The notes under the pieces: generated by a model
Databases searched by the model: none
What the model was told of the DNA's origin: nothing
The model's input: the letters and a program-made list of their open reading frames with translations, nothing else
NCBI GenBank assembly: GCA_938008555.1
Contig: CALLKE010000093.1
Coordinates: forward strand, 4,138-68,137
Reading direction: 5' to 3'
Origin: an uncultured Pedobacter sp.
Lineage (GTDB): Bacteria; Bacteroidota; Bacteroidia; Sphingobacteriales; Sphingobacteriaceae
DNA: 64,000 bases
Position numbers and translations under genes: made by a program
Shown here: positions 21,347-30,084 of the stretch, one piece after another
Layout of the letters: each line of letters begins with the position of its first letter
Position numbering within the stretch: position 1 is the stretch's first letter

Positions 21347-21829
21347 TTTTGATTGACTTGGTTTTGATCGTATAATAAGTATTGGATTTATGAACTGTTA
21401 ATTAACTCGTTTTTCTAAAACGCAGCAAAACTGAAACACACGGCATAAACAGTCGGCTTGTAAATAATTCTAATTGAATAATATCATTTATAAATGTTTA
21501 AAAACGCATATTTAGTTCATAGCTTATTCATCAGCTCCCCCCCCACTTTCATCAACATGAGGGGAGCTTGACGATATCGCATAAACTAATCAGAAGAATG
21601 GAAAATTTTAACCCAATCATAAAGCATAATCTAAAATGCAGAGAAGCGCTTTATAAGAGAGGAGAATGTATTCTTCAATAATCAGGGGCTTTGGATTCAC
21701 TTGTTTTATAACATACCCATAAATAAACCCCAGGAGGAGGCTTCCCATGTAGAATATCTTGTTATTGCCACTACCCCCAATTGATTCAAAAAAATTGACT
21801 GAATATTAGCTATCTCCTTAGATATTATT

Positions 21830-22393
21830 TCAATTAACACGTTGAGACCCACCAGTACCATTTTGTGTACTTCCAGGAATATTCCGATCATATTGCAACC
21901 GCTGATTCTTATCCAGATATAGAAACCCAGTTCTACCAGTTTCTTCAACTTTTGCACCATTAACGTATCTCATCTTTTTTGAAGTAAATTGAGTCACGAC
22001 GAAATCACCTTCTTTATCAACCTCAACAAGTTTGTTATTATTAGGCTTAGTCTCAAATGTAACACGCCTATACTCATCCTCATAAACACCTACTGTTTTA
22101 TTAGTGCTTCCAATCTCTTTGCCGTCTCGGTACTTTCTCTTTGTTGTAGAAGAACTAGTAATTAAACTCTCATACGGCTTGTCTCTATTACTAGATCCAC
22201 TACCTGAACCTTGAGACGAAGAGTTAGAGTTACTAGATCCACTACCTTTACCTGGAGGCAAGGATTTAGATCTACCCGAAGTTGAAGCAACTGAAGCTGG
22301 TTGATCTGGAATAATGAGCGCTTCCTTTTGACAGGAAGTTCCTAACAGTGCAACAAGAGAAAGGCCACATGAAACTTTTAAGTAACGATGCAT
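21830..22393 (-). CDS. cassette lipoprotein family member A
   Basis: N-terminus MHRYLKVSCGLSLVALLGTSCQKEALIIPDQPASVASTSG is shared with five neighbours. The rest is an S/G/N-rich core, and the protein ends GGSQRVN. Confidence 0.75.
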   Translation of the reverse strand: MHRYLKVSCGLSLVALLGTSCQKEALIIPDQPASVASTSGRSKSLPPGKGSGSSNSNSSSQGSGSGSSNRDKPYESLITSSSTTKRKYRDGKEIGSTNKTVGVYEDEYRRVTFETKPNNNKLVEVDKEGDFVVTQFTSKKMRYVNGAKVEETGRTGFLYLDKNQRLQYDRNIPGSTQNGTGGSQRVN

Positions 22394-22448
22394 AATTTTG
22401 CGATTAGATTGATTGAAAAAATTAATTAATAAACCGCAATTATACTAG
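22394..22448 (-). promoter_or_regulatory. conserved promoter/5' UTR block of cassette A
   Basis: The minus strand reads CTAGTATAATTGC 43-55 nt upstream of the ATG (TATAAT; TAtaATTG against the Bacteroidota -7 box TAnnTTTG). A conserved leader TTATTAATTAAT...AATCAATCTAAT follows. The same block precedes D, E and F. Confidence 0.5.
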
Positions 22449-22635
22449 CAAAAAAATAAAAAACAATATAATAAGTAGACTAAATATGATATTTTCAATA
22501 AACACCTGTCTATCAGATTAAAAACCAATGAGTGTAATACCAGTATAGCTACTATACCTCTATAAAACTAGAATCATTGTCTACACATTTTTATCCTTGT
22601 TTTCTATTACTGAATAATCGTTCACACTAATCCCT

Positions 22636-22677
22636 AAAAGAATAGCCTCCAGAAATATTTCTGGAGGCTATTCTTTT
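22636..22677 (-). terminator. cassette hairpin terminator H1 (downstream of B)
   Basis: Perfect palindrome AAAAGAATAGCCTCCAGAAA-TA-TTTCTGGAGGCTATTCTTTT (20-bp arms) abutting the stop codon of B. Confidence 0.65.
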
Positions 22678-23171
22678 TAATGAGGATGCTGAGTATTATT
22701 TGTCGCAGCCCCTCTAAAATGCTGATGAGGCTTATTTGTCGTAGCTCCATTAGAAGTTATTTCCACACGAGTCATAGTGTAACTGTTGAATGTACCATGC
22801 TTATCCGCTCTCGACACGCCATTTGTAGTATATCCCTTGACATTGCCCCGACTATCACTAATAAGCAATTCTTCTTGATTGATTTTCTTAAATGAGGATC
22901 CCCTAATTTGAAAACGCGTTGAAGAAGATTGTTGAATATTAACTCCTCCATTCGAACTAGCTGTACTGGCCTCACTAGATATACTCGATTCACTTGATGT
23001 ACTACCCCTCCTTTGAGAAGGAGAAGAGGAGCGAAACGATCCACCACTTTTACTCGAAATTGAGGCAGCTGAAACAGGCTGAGCTGGCATAATAAAGGCT
23101 TCCTTTTGACACGCAGTACCTAATAATGTAATAAGAACAAGACTGCAGAAGAATTTTAAATAACGTTGCAT
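22677..23171 (-). CDS. cassette lipoprotein family member B
   Basis: MQRYLKFFCSLVLITLLGTACQKEAFIMPAQPVSAASISS followed by an S-rich core; ends NNTQHPH. Confidence 0.75.
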   Translation of the reverse strand: MQRYLKFFCSLVLITLLGTACQKEAFIMPAQPVSAASISSKSGGSFRSSSPSQRRGSTSSESSISSEASTASSNGGVNIQQSSSTRFQIRGSSFKKINQEELLISDSRGNVKGYTTNGVSRADKHGTFNSYTMTRVEITSNGATTNKPHQHFRGAATNNTQHPH

Positions 23172-23378
23172 GGTTTTATAAGTTTGGCTAATGGCTGAAT
23201 TAATAAATTAAAAGGATGATAGTTACAGCAATGGATAAGGTATAACCCAGTATCCCACACACATAGAGAGTCATCGAGCTAAACTGGTCTTTTACTTAGC
23301 AAAGTGCCTTCTTAAGATTATAGTATTTCATATGAACACGAGAGCCTAAATATGATCACAACTTAAAAAAACGCTTTT

Positions 23379-23822
23379 TTATTTAGGACGCTGAGGCGTA
23401 CCTACTCCACTTGTTCCTGGGGAGGGTGATCTCACATTCGCTACGTAAACAGACTGCCTACTAGTCATTTTCTTGTCATACTGTGTACCCCTACTATCTT
23501 GATTCAACACTTGCTTAATAGTCGTCTTTTGAAATTCGCCATTTGGATTCCAAACGTAGTTTTTATTTTTCATGATTGTCTCAGATGAAGGTCCATTAGG
23601 CCCGTCTATTATAGTCTTTTTTGTTTTTAAAAAACCTTTAGTAACTCTACCAGATCCGTTGCTTTGCCCTGGAGGAGGTGGTGGTGGTGGAGCACTCGGT
23701 CTAACTGAAGTTGAAGCCATTGGCGCTGACTGACCAGGAGTAACCAGTGTTTCCTTTTGACACGCAGTGAATAGCAGTCCAGTAAAGGCAAGGCTACATG
23801 AAAATTTCAAATAATAGTGCAT
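23379..23822 (-). CDS. cassette lipoprotein family member C
   Basis: MHYYLKFSCSLAFTGLLFTACQKETLVTPGQSAPMASTS followed by a poly-Pro tract; ends GVGTPQRPK. Confidence 0.75.
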   Translation of the reverse strand: MHYYLKFSCSLAFTGLLFTACQKETLVTPGQSAPMASTSVRPSAPPPPPPPGQSNGSGRVTKGFLKTKKTIIDGPNGPSSETIMKNKNYVWNPNGEFQKTTIKQVLNQDSRGTQYDKKMTSRQSVYVANVRSPSPGTSGVGTPQRPK

Positions 23823-23861
23823 AGGTTTTAAGTTTGGTTGATTGAGAAAACTAATCAGTGC

Positions 23862-23903
23862 ATAAGAATAGCCTCAAGAACTAGTTCTTGAGGCTATTCT
23901 TAT
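23862..23903 (-). terminator. cassette hairpin terminator H2 (downstream of D)
   Basis: Perfect palindrome ATAAGAATAGCCTCAAGAAC-TA-GTTCTTGAGGCTATTCTTAT. The arms are homologous to H1. Confidence 0.65.
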
Positions 23904-24472
23904 CATTTAGGTGTTTGGGACTCTGTAGTACCTTTTTCGAAGAAAAAAATAAGATCTGACCTATTAGATGCATTAGACCTAGTTGATGCATTAGACGCAT
24001 TAGACCTAGTTGACGCATTAGACGCATTAGACCTAGTTGATGCATTAGACCCACTACGTGAACGTTGAGTATTACCAGCTGCAAGATGATGGAAATTAGA
24101 CCCATCTCGAGAGGGAGAGGGAAACCTATACCTGCCTCGAGAATACACTTCCTTATCTGACACGGGTATTTCTGACGGAGCCGTACTTTTATATCGCGAT
24201 GGTTTCTCATTAGGAGGTATCACTTTAAAATCAGCTAGGTCTCCAGGAGGTAATGGATTTCGTGTGCCAATACATTGTTTCTTCTTAAAATCCGAAGATT
24301 CTGGGGATTTCGGTGGAGAAGAGGGTTTTGAAGGTCTTGGCGGATGAGGACCTCCCGAAGTTGATGCAGCTGAAACTGGTTGAGGTGGAACCATGAGTGC
24401 TTCCTTTTGACAGGAAGTGCCCAATAATCCGATAAGTACAAGGCTACACGAAAATTTTAAATAGTGTTGCAT
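23903..24472 (-). CDS. cassette lipoprotein family member D
   Basis: MQHYLKFSCSLVLIGLLGTSCQKEALMVPPQPVSAASTSGG followed by a P/S-rich core. Contains a tandem SNASNASTR repeat and ends TESQTPK. Confidence 0.75.
   Translation of the reverse strand: MQHYLKFSCSLVLIGLLGTSCQKEALMVPPQPVSAASTSGGPHPPRPSKPSSPPKSPESSDFKKKQCIGTRNPLPPGDLADFKVIPPNEKPSRYKSTAPSEIPVSDKEVYSRGRYRFPSPSRDGSNFHHLAAGNTQRSRSGSNASTRSNASNASTRSNASNASTRSNASNRSDLIFFFEKGTTESQTPK
23963..24052 (-). repeat. 27-bp in-frame tandem repeat (about 3.3 copies) inside cassette D
   Basis: Plus-strand unit ATTAGAYGCATTAGACCTAGTTGAYGC at 23963-23989, 23990-24016 and 24017-24043, plus a partial copy to 24052. It encodes (SNASNASTR)n. Confidence 0.9.
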
Positions 24473-24530
24473 AAATCTGCAATTAGATTGATTAAGAAAA
24501 CAATTAATTAATAAGTTGCAATTATACTAG
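24473..24530 (-). promoter_or_regulatory. conserved promoter/5' UTR block of cassette D
   Basis: Same CTAGTATAATTGC box (plus strand GCAATTATACTAG at 24518-24530) and leader as A, E and F. Confidence 0.5.
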
Positions 24531-24624
24531 CAAAAAATGAAAATCACACAAGAAAGCAAGAAGAATACTAAAATTTAAAACAAGCAACGATCATTTAAAT
24601 TAAAAGAGTATTTTAAACACTTGT

Positions 24625-27600
24625 CTACTTCACACAGAACTGCTCTGATAACCACAAGCCATTTGGTAATCGTACTCGCAACGCATAAGTAAAATTTTTA
24701 TCTAATAGTCCACCATCAAGTGCAACTATTCGACCCTTCTCAACCTTTAAAATTTCCCCTTTGCTTATCAGCATTGAAGACATAACCCTATACAGCTCTG
24801 CTTCTATTTTACTAATAGGCTCTTCTATATTCTCTATTAAAAATTTGATAGTATTTTCTTCAACACAGTTGGGTACAATTATTAATTTAAATGCTTTAGC
24901 TGGAGCCAAAGTGGGGGTATCAGAAGAGACTTCGTCTTGCTGTTCTTCAGCTGAAGTAGTTGTTGAAGTCGTTGAACTTGAATCCTCACTCGAAGGAGGA
25001 CTTATAGGAACAATAAAGGGCTCAGAATCTGGTGAATAGTCAGTCGATTTTCGTGTAGAACTACAAATCGCTTTAATACGAGCTACCCGTCTAATATTCT
25101 TGTCTGTGTAATCAAAAAAATCAGGAATAACATCCGTTACCATCCGATTTTTGGTTAATGCACCATTCTTATCCACAGCATAACGCTGAACCAAATTTCC
25201 GTATCGCTTTTCCACATGATCCCACGAATCTGTTTCTTTTTTAACTTCTATATCATACCCGTCATAGAAATTTCCACTGTGTTTTAGTCTATACTCAAGC
25301 TCACCAACTGCATTGATATAAACTTCTGGAGCTTCTGGAACAGTACATGGTTTAGAATATACAAATATTGTTTGCGCACCACGGCCATACACAGTACATT
25401 CAGGGGTAACACGAAACGACACTTTAGCCTCATTGCCTAAATACTCATAGGTTAGTCCAATACGTTCCTCTTCAAAAGGGTGGACTCCAGTTCCAAAGAC
25501 GGTCATTTCCTTTCTTGCATCTTCAAATGTCTGATCACCTACAGCATACTCCACTTTATATCGAGTTGCACCAGTAGGTGGCTCCCCCCATTCAATTGTA
25601 ACACCCCCACCTAGTTTAGGAGTTGCCTTAAAGCTATTCGATGGTATTACACACGGCTTATAATCGAAGGTGTACTTCTCAGAAGGTTCCGACCACTCTG
25701 ATAATGTTCCGCATCTGTATTGAACTTCGACAGTATAGGTTCCGTATGGATATGAATCAAATGCCAAATCTGGTGTTTCACGAAGTGGTTCCCCATTTAC
25801 ATAATTTCTTCGTTGTAAATCTGGATAAAACACCCTATTTAGACTTGTGTTAACTAGCTTTAGTTTGCTTTCTGTTGCACTTGCTGGAATATCAAACGAA
25901 AAATTTGACGTCACTCTGCCCTCATGTCTGATAAAGGACTGTGTCATATTAATTGGAACTGGAGAGCAATGCGTCGGCACATTAATCTGCTTCCATAATG
26001 GATTAGCGGGGTCACCATACTTAATTTCACCATTCAGGATATATACGACATAGTTTTGGATAGCAATATCAGTAATTCCACCTGTTTTAATAAACGTGGG
26101 CATGGAATTGATTAAGCTATTGTCCACATTTCGTGACGATAGCTCCGCTCTATAATTATTGATGTAATTAGATAACACTCTATCCGACTTAAAAATATAC
26201 TTCACATAGTTTTCTATGGTCTGCTCCCCCTCTTCTTTGTGTTGATTTTTAAAGGCCGCATCATCAATATATCGTCCTAGGTAGTTTGGTGATTGATCAT
26301 TCGGATCTCCATAGCAATAGCGTATGGTAGGATAAAAAGGAACATAAACTGTTTTAAAATAAGGCATAGGAGGCCCCTCTCTCCTCACCTGTTCCATATG
26401 TTCTTGATTAGTCATTTTGCTATGGTCGTTTCTAAGACTTAATGAACTAGATTCCTGTGCTTCTATCCCCGTTGTCTTTGAATGTGTGTAATCATAATGC
26501 CCACTTATTGCAATGCTAAGATTTTTTTCTACTGTGGCAATAAAATTATTGCCAGCTCTAAGTGATAAGCCTGCTTGAACCGTTAAACTACCTCCTGCCG
26601 CATGTTGAGAGAGGTCTGAGGAATGACTTCTATCTACTTTTCCTCTTTCGTCAACTCTTGACGTCGCAATTGTTGCACCTGTTGTAATGCTGTTATTTAC
26701 TGTCTCAGAATGTCCATAGTATAATTCACGGCTTTCCCCTGCCCTATAAGTTGTAGTAGCCCAATAATGATGCGGGTTGTCTTTTAATGGAATCCAGAGC
26801 GATATAATGTCTGATTTTTTCGTTTCCTGGCTTTCATTCAGCTTAGCGTATGCTTCATTAGTGGAAATACTAACGAGTTGGCCATTTTTTATTGCTTGCA
26901 AATTACAGTCTATCCAAAAACCATTGATTGCCTTAGGCGACTTAAAGGTTTCTGTTTCGATGATCGATTTTACTTGTCCATTTTCATCCAGGTACAGTAC
27001 AGGATCTTTAGGCAGTGTTAGCACCCTATTTCTTTCCGTTAATACATTCACATTTTTCAACAAGATCAGGTTTAGTGATAAAGCAGGTATACAATGATCT
27101 GCAGTCGCTGTTATTTCTAGCTCTTTCTTGGCTTTGCTTGTAATATTTTTCAAATCCAGCTCCACCATTTTCTCATCATGATCTTCTACCGGATCGATGG
27201 TTATTGATTTAATTGGATTATTAATCTCACTCAAACCACTTCCTGTATAGGAAAGCTTTATTTGAACTGGTTTATTTAATGGACGATCAACAGGTTTTCC
27301 AATTTTTACTTTAAGTGAAATCACTTGTCCTCCTTTGATCTCAATAGGTGTTACTTGCCCCCCTTTTATTTCAGTAAGTACATGCTTGTTGTTTTTTACT
27401 AATACACTTAAATCAAGTGGCAGTTTGGCCAAATCAATCGATACTAAATCGGAGGATATGAAATTATCTGCGCTTGCCGATAATGTGATTTTTTTTGCCT
27501 GATCACTATTTTTTTTCATAGCAATAACAAACGTGACTTCGTCTTGTCCTTTCTTGATCTCAATATTTCTTACTTGAGTAATATAATCCACATCTCCACC

Positions 27601-30084
27601 ATAAGTAAGTTTGATTGGAATTGGTGCTAAATCATTCACTAATGTTTTTGGAATTTTTATAGTGGCTGATACCGATTCACCAGCGTATAATCTTGTACTT
27701 GTTGTATTTAAATGAAGCTTTGTCACATTTGATTGAAGAATATGAACCTTCAGCAATTCAACCCTATCAACATCAGCAGCTTGAGCAGTTATCTGGAGCA
27801 TCTTATCACCATCTACCGCTTTGTTCAACGTAACTTGGAATGTAGCCTCCTTGCTGCTTCCAGAGATTTGTATTGGTGTGGTTCTTTTAACAACAAGGCC
27901 TGCTCCATCTCCACTATAAATAGGTGTAATCGTAGTCGAAGCTAAATTGCTCTCACCACAATTAAAAATAGTAGCCTTCACTGGAAAGGATGCGCCACCA
28001 TATGTTTTCAATACATGATTTGTACTTGATACCGCAGATGTTTCCCCGCTTGACTTACGTATAGTCATATCCAATGGATTCGAATCACGAAAGTTTGATG
28101 CTATTATTGATAGTTGAGTTGTTCGATCATCACCATAATTTTTTTTGGCAACGAGATTAAATGACAATTCATTTTTTCCGGCCTCTACGACCAAAGGATA
28201 TTCAAGCGGTTCGAAAATATCCTGTATCTGCTTACCTCCATCACAAGTGATTGTGACTGGAAGAGAGACCGTACTATTTTGTGGAAGTTTTACCGTGACC
28301 AAAAAAGGTACGCCACCATTTATTTCTGTGGCATCTGCACTTAATGCGATTTGTGGCGCATCCGATGCACACACAGTAATATTTAAAGGAGCGGATGCCT
28401 TGAAATGATCTGCTGCACTTACTGAAAGTGTACGTATCTGATCACCACCCGTCACTTCAGCTACAGGAACATCAAATATCACATGGTTACTATCTTCATC
28501 GATAAATTTCGTTTCGGTGATGCTCGCTCCTCCCAGGTTATGAATAAGTACGACGGGCGTTTTAGCTAACGTATTTTTACGTTCTGCCGGAACACCAATT
28601 TTAACTGCAATAGTCCCCCCACCACGTATTCTTTTATCTTTCTCGGCAACACTCAACTCGAATGAATGCGTATCCGATGAAAGTATCATCATTTCAAAAT
28701 TCTCGGAAGCTTGAAAATGATCTGAAGTGCTTGCTGATACAATCAATTTTTGATCAACACTACTCACAACTTTATCAACAGGAATTTCAAATACAGTCTC
28801 ATTTTTTTCAATACCTATCGAATTAATCAAACTGTGTTTGGTATCTCCCAAACTATACGTAAGCGTAACAGGCGTCGCTGATAAACGACTGATTCGAACA
28901 GAGGGTATTTTCACTTTCACAGGAATAGTTGATCCGCCATATACCTGATTGTATTTTTCCTCTATTTCTAATTCAAGTGGCTTACCTGATGATAGGATTT
29001 CAATCTCTCTACTAGCAGAAGCTGTAAAATGTTCACCTGCAACAGTGGATATCGTTAAAGTTTGATCTTGATTGCTAACATTTTTCTTAGTCTTGATATC
29101 AAATAACACCTCATCTTTTCCAGCCTCTATCACTTTGACTTGTTGAGATGAATCTGCTTTACCCAATCTATACGTAAGAGTCACAGGTGTCGCTGCCAGA
29201 TGATTCTCTCGACGAGAAGGAAGTTTTACTTTCACGGGAATAGTTATACCACCATAAACCTCATTATAATCTTCTTTTATCTCCAATTCAAATGGTCTAC
29301 CCGATGCAAGCACATTAACAGAAACCTGAAAATCTTCCTCTGAATTTATATCTATATCTCCTCTCAACGATGTGTATATCTCGAGTATTTGGTCTTTTCC
29401 ACTTATTTTTTCCACAGGGATATAGCATTTCATTTCTCTGTGCCCTATTGGTATTTTATGGAAAGTGGTCGACGTTACACCCATCAAACTAGTCATCACC
29501 ATTACTTCAGTTAGTCCAAAAGTATTTTCACGCCCCTCCGGAATTTTTATCGTAGCTGGAATACCTTCACCACTCTTACCATACACCCCATCTTCATGCT
29601 TTTCATCTACGGTTAATCGGATTTCAGTTTCATTGAATGAAAGTATATCAACTTTATGGCTATTGGAAAACATATCGTTTGAGGCCGTTTTTGCAACTAA
29701 GTTCAGTGTTTGATCTTCATCAACTTTTGGAATAGAGATACTGACAGTTGCACTACGCATACCCTTCTTGATCACAATAGCAGCACTTCTCGTCCCAGCT
29801 CCTGTAGCATATATATATATTCGGGTATCTACTGAAACCACTGGGTTCTCTTCCAGGATCTTCACCTCAACAGAAAGTTTCTCACCTCCATATATTCCAT
29901 TTTTATACCTATCATCTAATTTCAATACCAGTTTCGGCTTCTTTGCATAAGGCGTTTCTAATTTAAGCTCACTCAAGCCATCAGAACGGTTATAAACATG
30001 ATGGGCCATCTTTGCTTTTGCACTATCTAATAAGAATATGCTGCATAAAGCCACTAACAATAATGCCTTGGAAAATATTTTCAT
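24625..30084 (-). CDS. giant secreted repeat protein with T9SS type-A-like C-terminal domain
   Basis: The likely start is Met30 of the listed ORF (MKIFSKALLLVALCSIFLLDSAKA signal peptide), giving 1819 aa. It has nine tandem ~105-aa repeats (aa ~57-1010 of the listed ORF; consensus ...ELEIxExYxxVYGGxxIPVKVKxP...TPVTLTYxLG...AGKxExxFxI...QxLxISA...ILS). After these come a unique ~380-aa region, FN3-like modules (TIEWGEPPTGATRYKVEY) and an S/T-rich linker. The tail FKLIIVPNCVEENTIKFLIEN...YALRVRLPNGLWLSEQFCVK resembles a Por secretion tail. Confidence 0.8.
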   Translation of the reverse strand: MKIFSKALLLVALCSIFLLDSAKAKMAHHVYNRSDGLSELKLETPYAKKPKLVLKLDDRYKNGIYGGEKLSVEVKILEENPVVSVDTRIYIYATGAGTRSAAIVIKKGMRSATVSISIPKVDEDQTLNLVAKTASNDMFSNSHKVDILSFNETEIRLTVDEKHEDGVYGKSGEGIPATIKIPEGRENTFGLTEVMVMTSLMGVTSTTFHKIPIGHREMKCYIPVEKISGKDQILEIYTSLRGDIDINSEEDFQVSVNVLASGRPFELEIKEDYNEVYGGITIPVKVKLPSRRENHLAATPVTLTYRLGKADSSQQVKVIEAGKDEVLFDIKTKKNVSNQDQTLTISTVAGEHFTASASREIEILSSGKPLELEIEEKYNQVYGGSTIPVKVKIPSVRISRLSATPVTLTYSLGDTKHSLINSIGIEKNETVFEIPVDKVVSSVDQKLIVSASTSDHFQASENFEMMILSSDTHSFELSVAEKDKRIRGGGTIAVKIGVPAERKNTLAKTPVVLIHNLGGASITETKFIDEDSNHVIFDVPVAEVTGGDQIRTLSVSAADHFKASAPLNITVCASDAPQIALSADATEINGGVPFLVTVKLPQNSTVSLPVTITCDGGKQIQDIFEPLEYPLVVEAGKNELSFNLVAKKNYGDDRTTQLSIIASNFRDSNPLDMTIRKSSGETSAVSSTNHVLKTYGGASFPVKATIFNCGESNLASTTITPIYSGDGAGLVVKRTTPIQISGSSKEATFQVTLNKAVDGDKMLQITAQAADVDRVELLKVHILQSNVTKLHLNTTSTRLYAGESVSATIKIPKTLVNDLAPIPIKLTYGGDVDYITQVRNIEIKKGQDEVTFVIAMKKNSDQAKKITLSASADNFISSDLVSIDLAKLPLDLSVLVKNNKHVLTEIKGGQVTPIEIKGGQVISLKVKIGKPVDRPLNKPVQIKLSYTGSGLSEINNPIKSITIDPVEDHDEKMVELDLKNITSKAKKELEITATADHCIPALSLNLILLKNVNVLTERNRVLTLPKDPVLYLDENGQVKSIIETETFKSPKAINGFWIDCNLQAIKNGQLVSISTNEAYAKLNESQETKKSDIISLWIPLKDNPHHYWATTTYRAGESRELYYGHSETVNNSITTGATIATSRVDERGKVDRSHSSDLSQHAAGGSLTVQAGLSLRAGNNFIATVEKNLSIAISGHYDYTHSKTTGIEAQESSSLSLRNDHSKMTNQEHMEQVRREGPPMPYFKTVYVPFYPTIRYCYGDPNDQSPNYLGRYIDDAAFKNQHKEEGEQTIENYVKYIFKSDRVLSNYINNYRAELSSRNVDNSLINSMPTFIKTGGITDIAIQNYVVYILNGEIKYGDPANPLWKQINVPTHCSPVPINMTQSFIRHEGRVTSNFSFDIPASATESKLKLVNTSLNRVFYPDLQRRNYVNGEPLRETPDLAFDSYPYGTYTVEVQYRCGTLSEWSEPSEKYTFDYKPCVIPSNSFKATPKLGGGVTIEWGEPPTGATRYKVEYAVGDQTFEDARKEMTVFGTGVHPFEEERIGLTYEYLGNEAKVSFRVTPECTVYGRGAQTIFVYSKPCTVPEAPEVYINAVGELEYRLKHSGNFYDGYDIEVKKETDSWDHVEKRYGNLVQRYAVDKNGALTKNRMVTDVIPDFFDYTDKNIRRVARIKAICSSTRKSTDYSPDSEPFIVPISPPSSEDSSSTTSTTTSAEEQQDEVSSDTPTLAPAKAFKLIIVPNCVEENTIKFLIENIEEPISKIEAELYRVMSSMLISKGEILKVEKGRIVALDGGLLDKNFTYALRVRLPNGLWLSEQFCVK

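Noticed and set aside
21533-21568. 8-bp G/C hairpin AGCTCCCC...GGGGAGCT with a 20-nt loop, downstream of cassette A
   Set aside because: It lies ~260 nt from the nearest stop codon, has a large loop and no T-run, and is unrelated to the H1-H3 family.
21706-21960. 84-aa minus-strand ORF overlapping the 3' end of cassette A
   Set aside because: It is in a different frame from A, overlaps A by 131 nt, lacks a signal peptide or family features, and extends into AT-rich intergenic DNA.
22680-24441. Alternative-frame and antisense ORFs within cassettes B and D (22680-22895 on the plus strand; 22772-23047, 23881-24210 and 24235-24441 on the minus strand)
   Set aside because: They are generated by low-complexity and tandem-repeat sequence, for example LMRQLGLMRLMHQLG read from the 27-bp repeat. 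The family-conserved frame is the one with the lipoprotein signal peptide.
24761-29950. Plus-strand ORFs inside the 1819-aa gene
   Set aside because: They are antisense to a long uninterrupted frame with clear domain periodicity.
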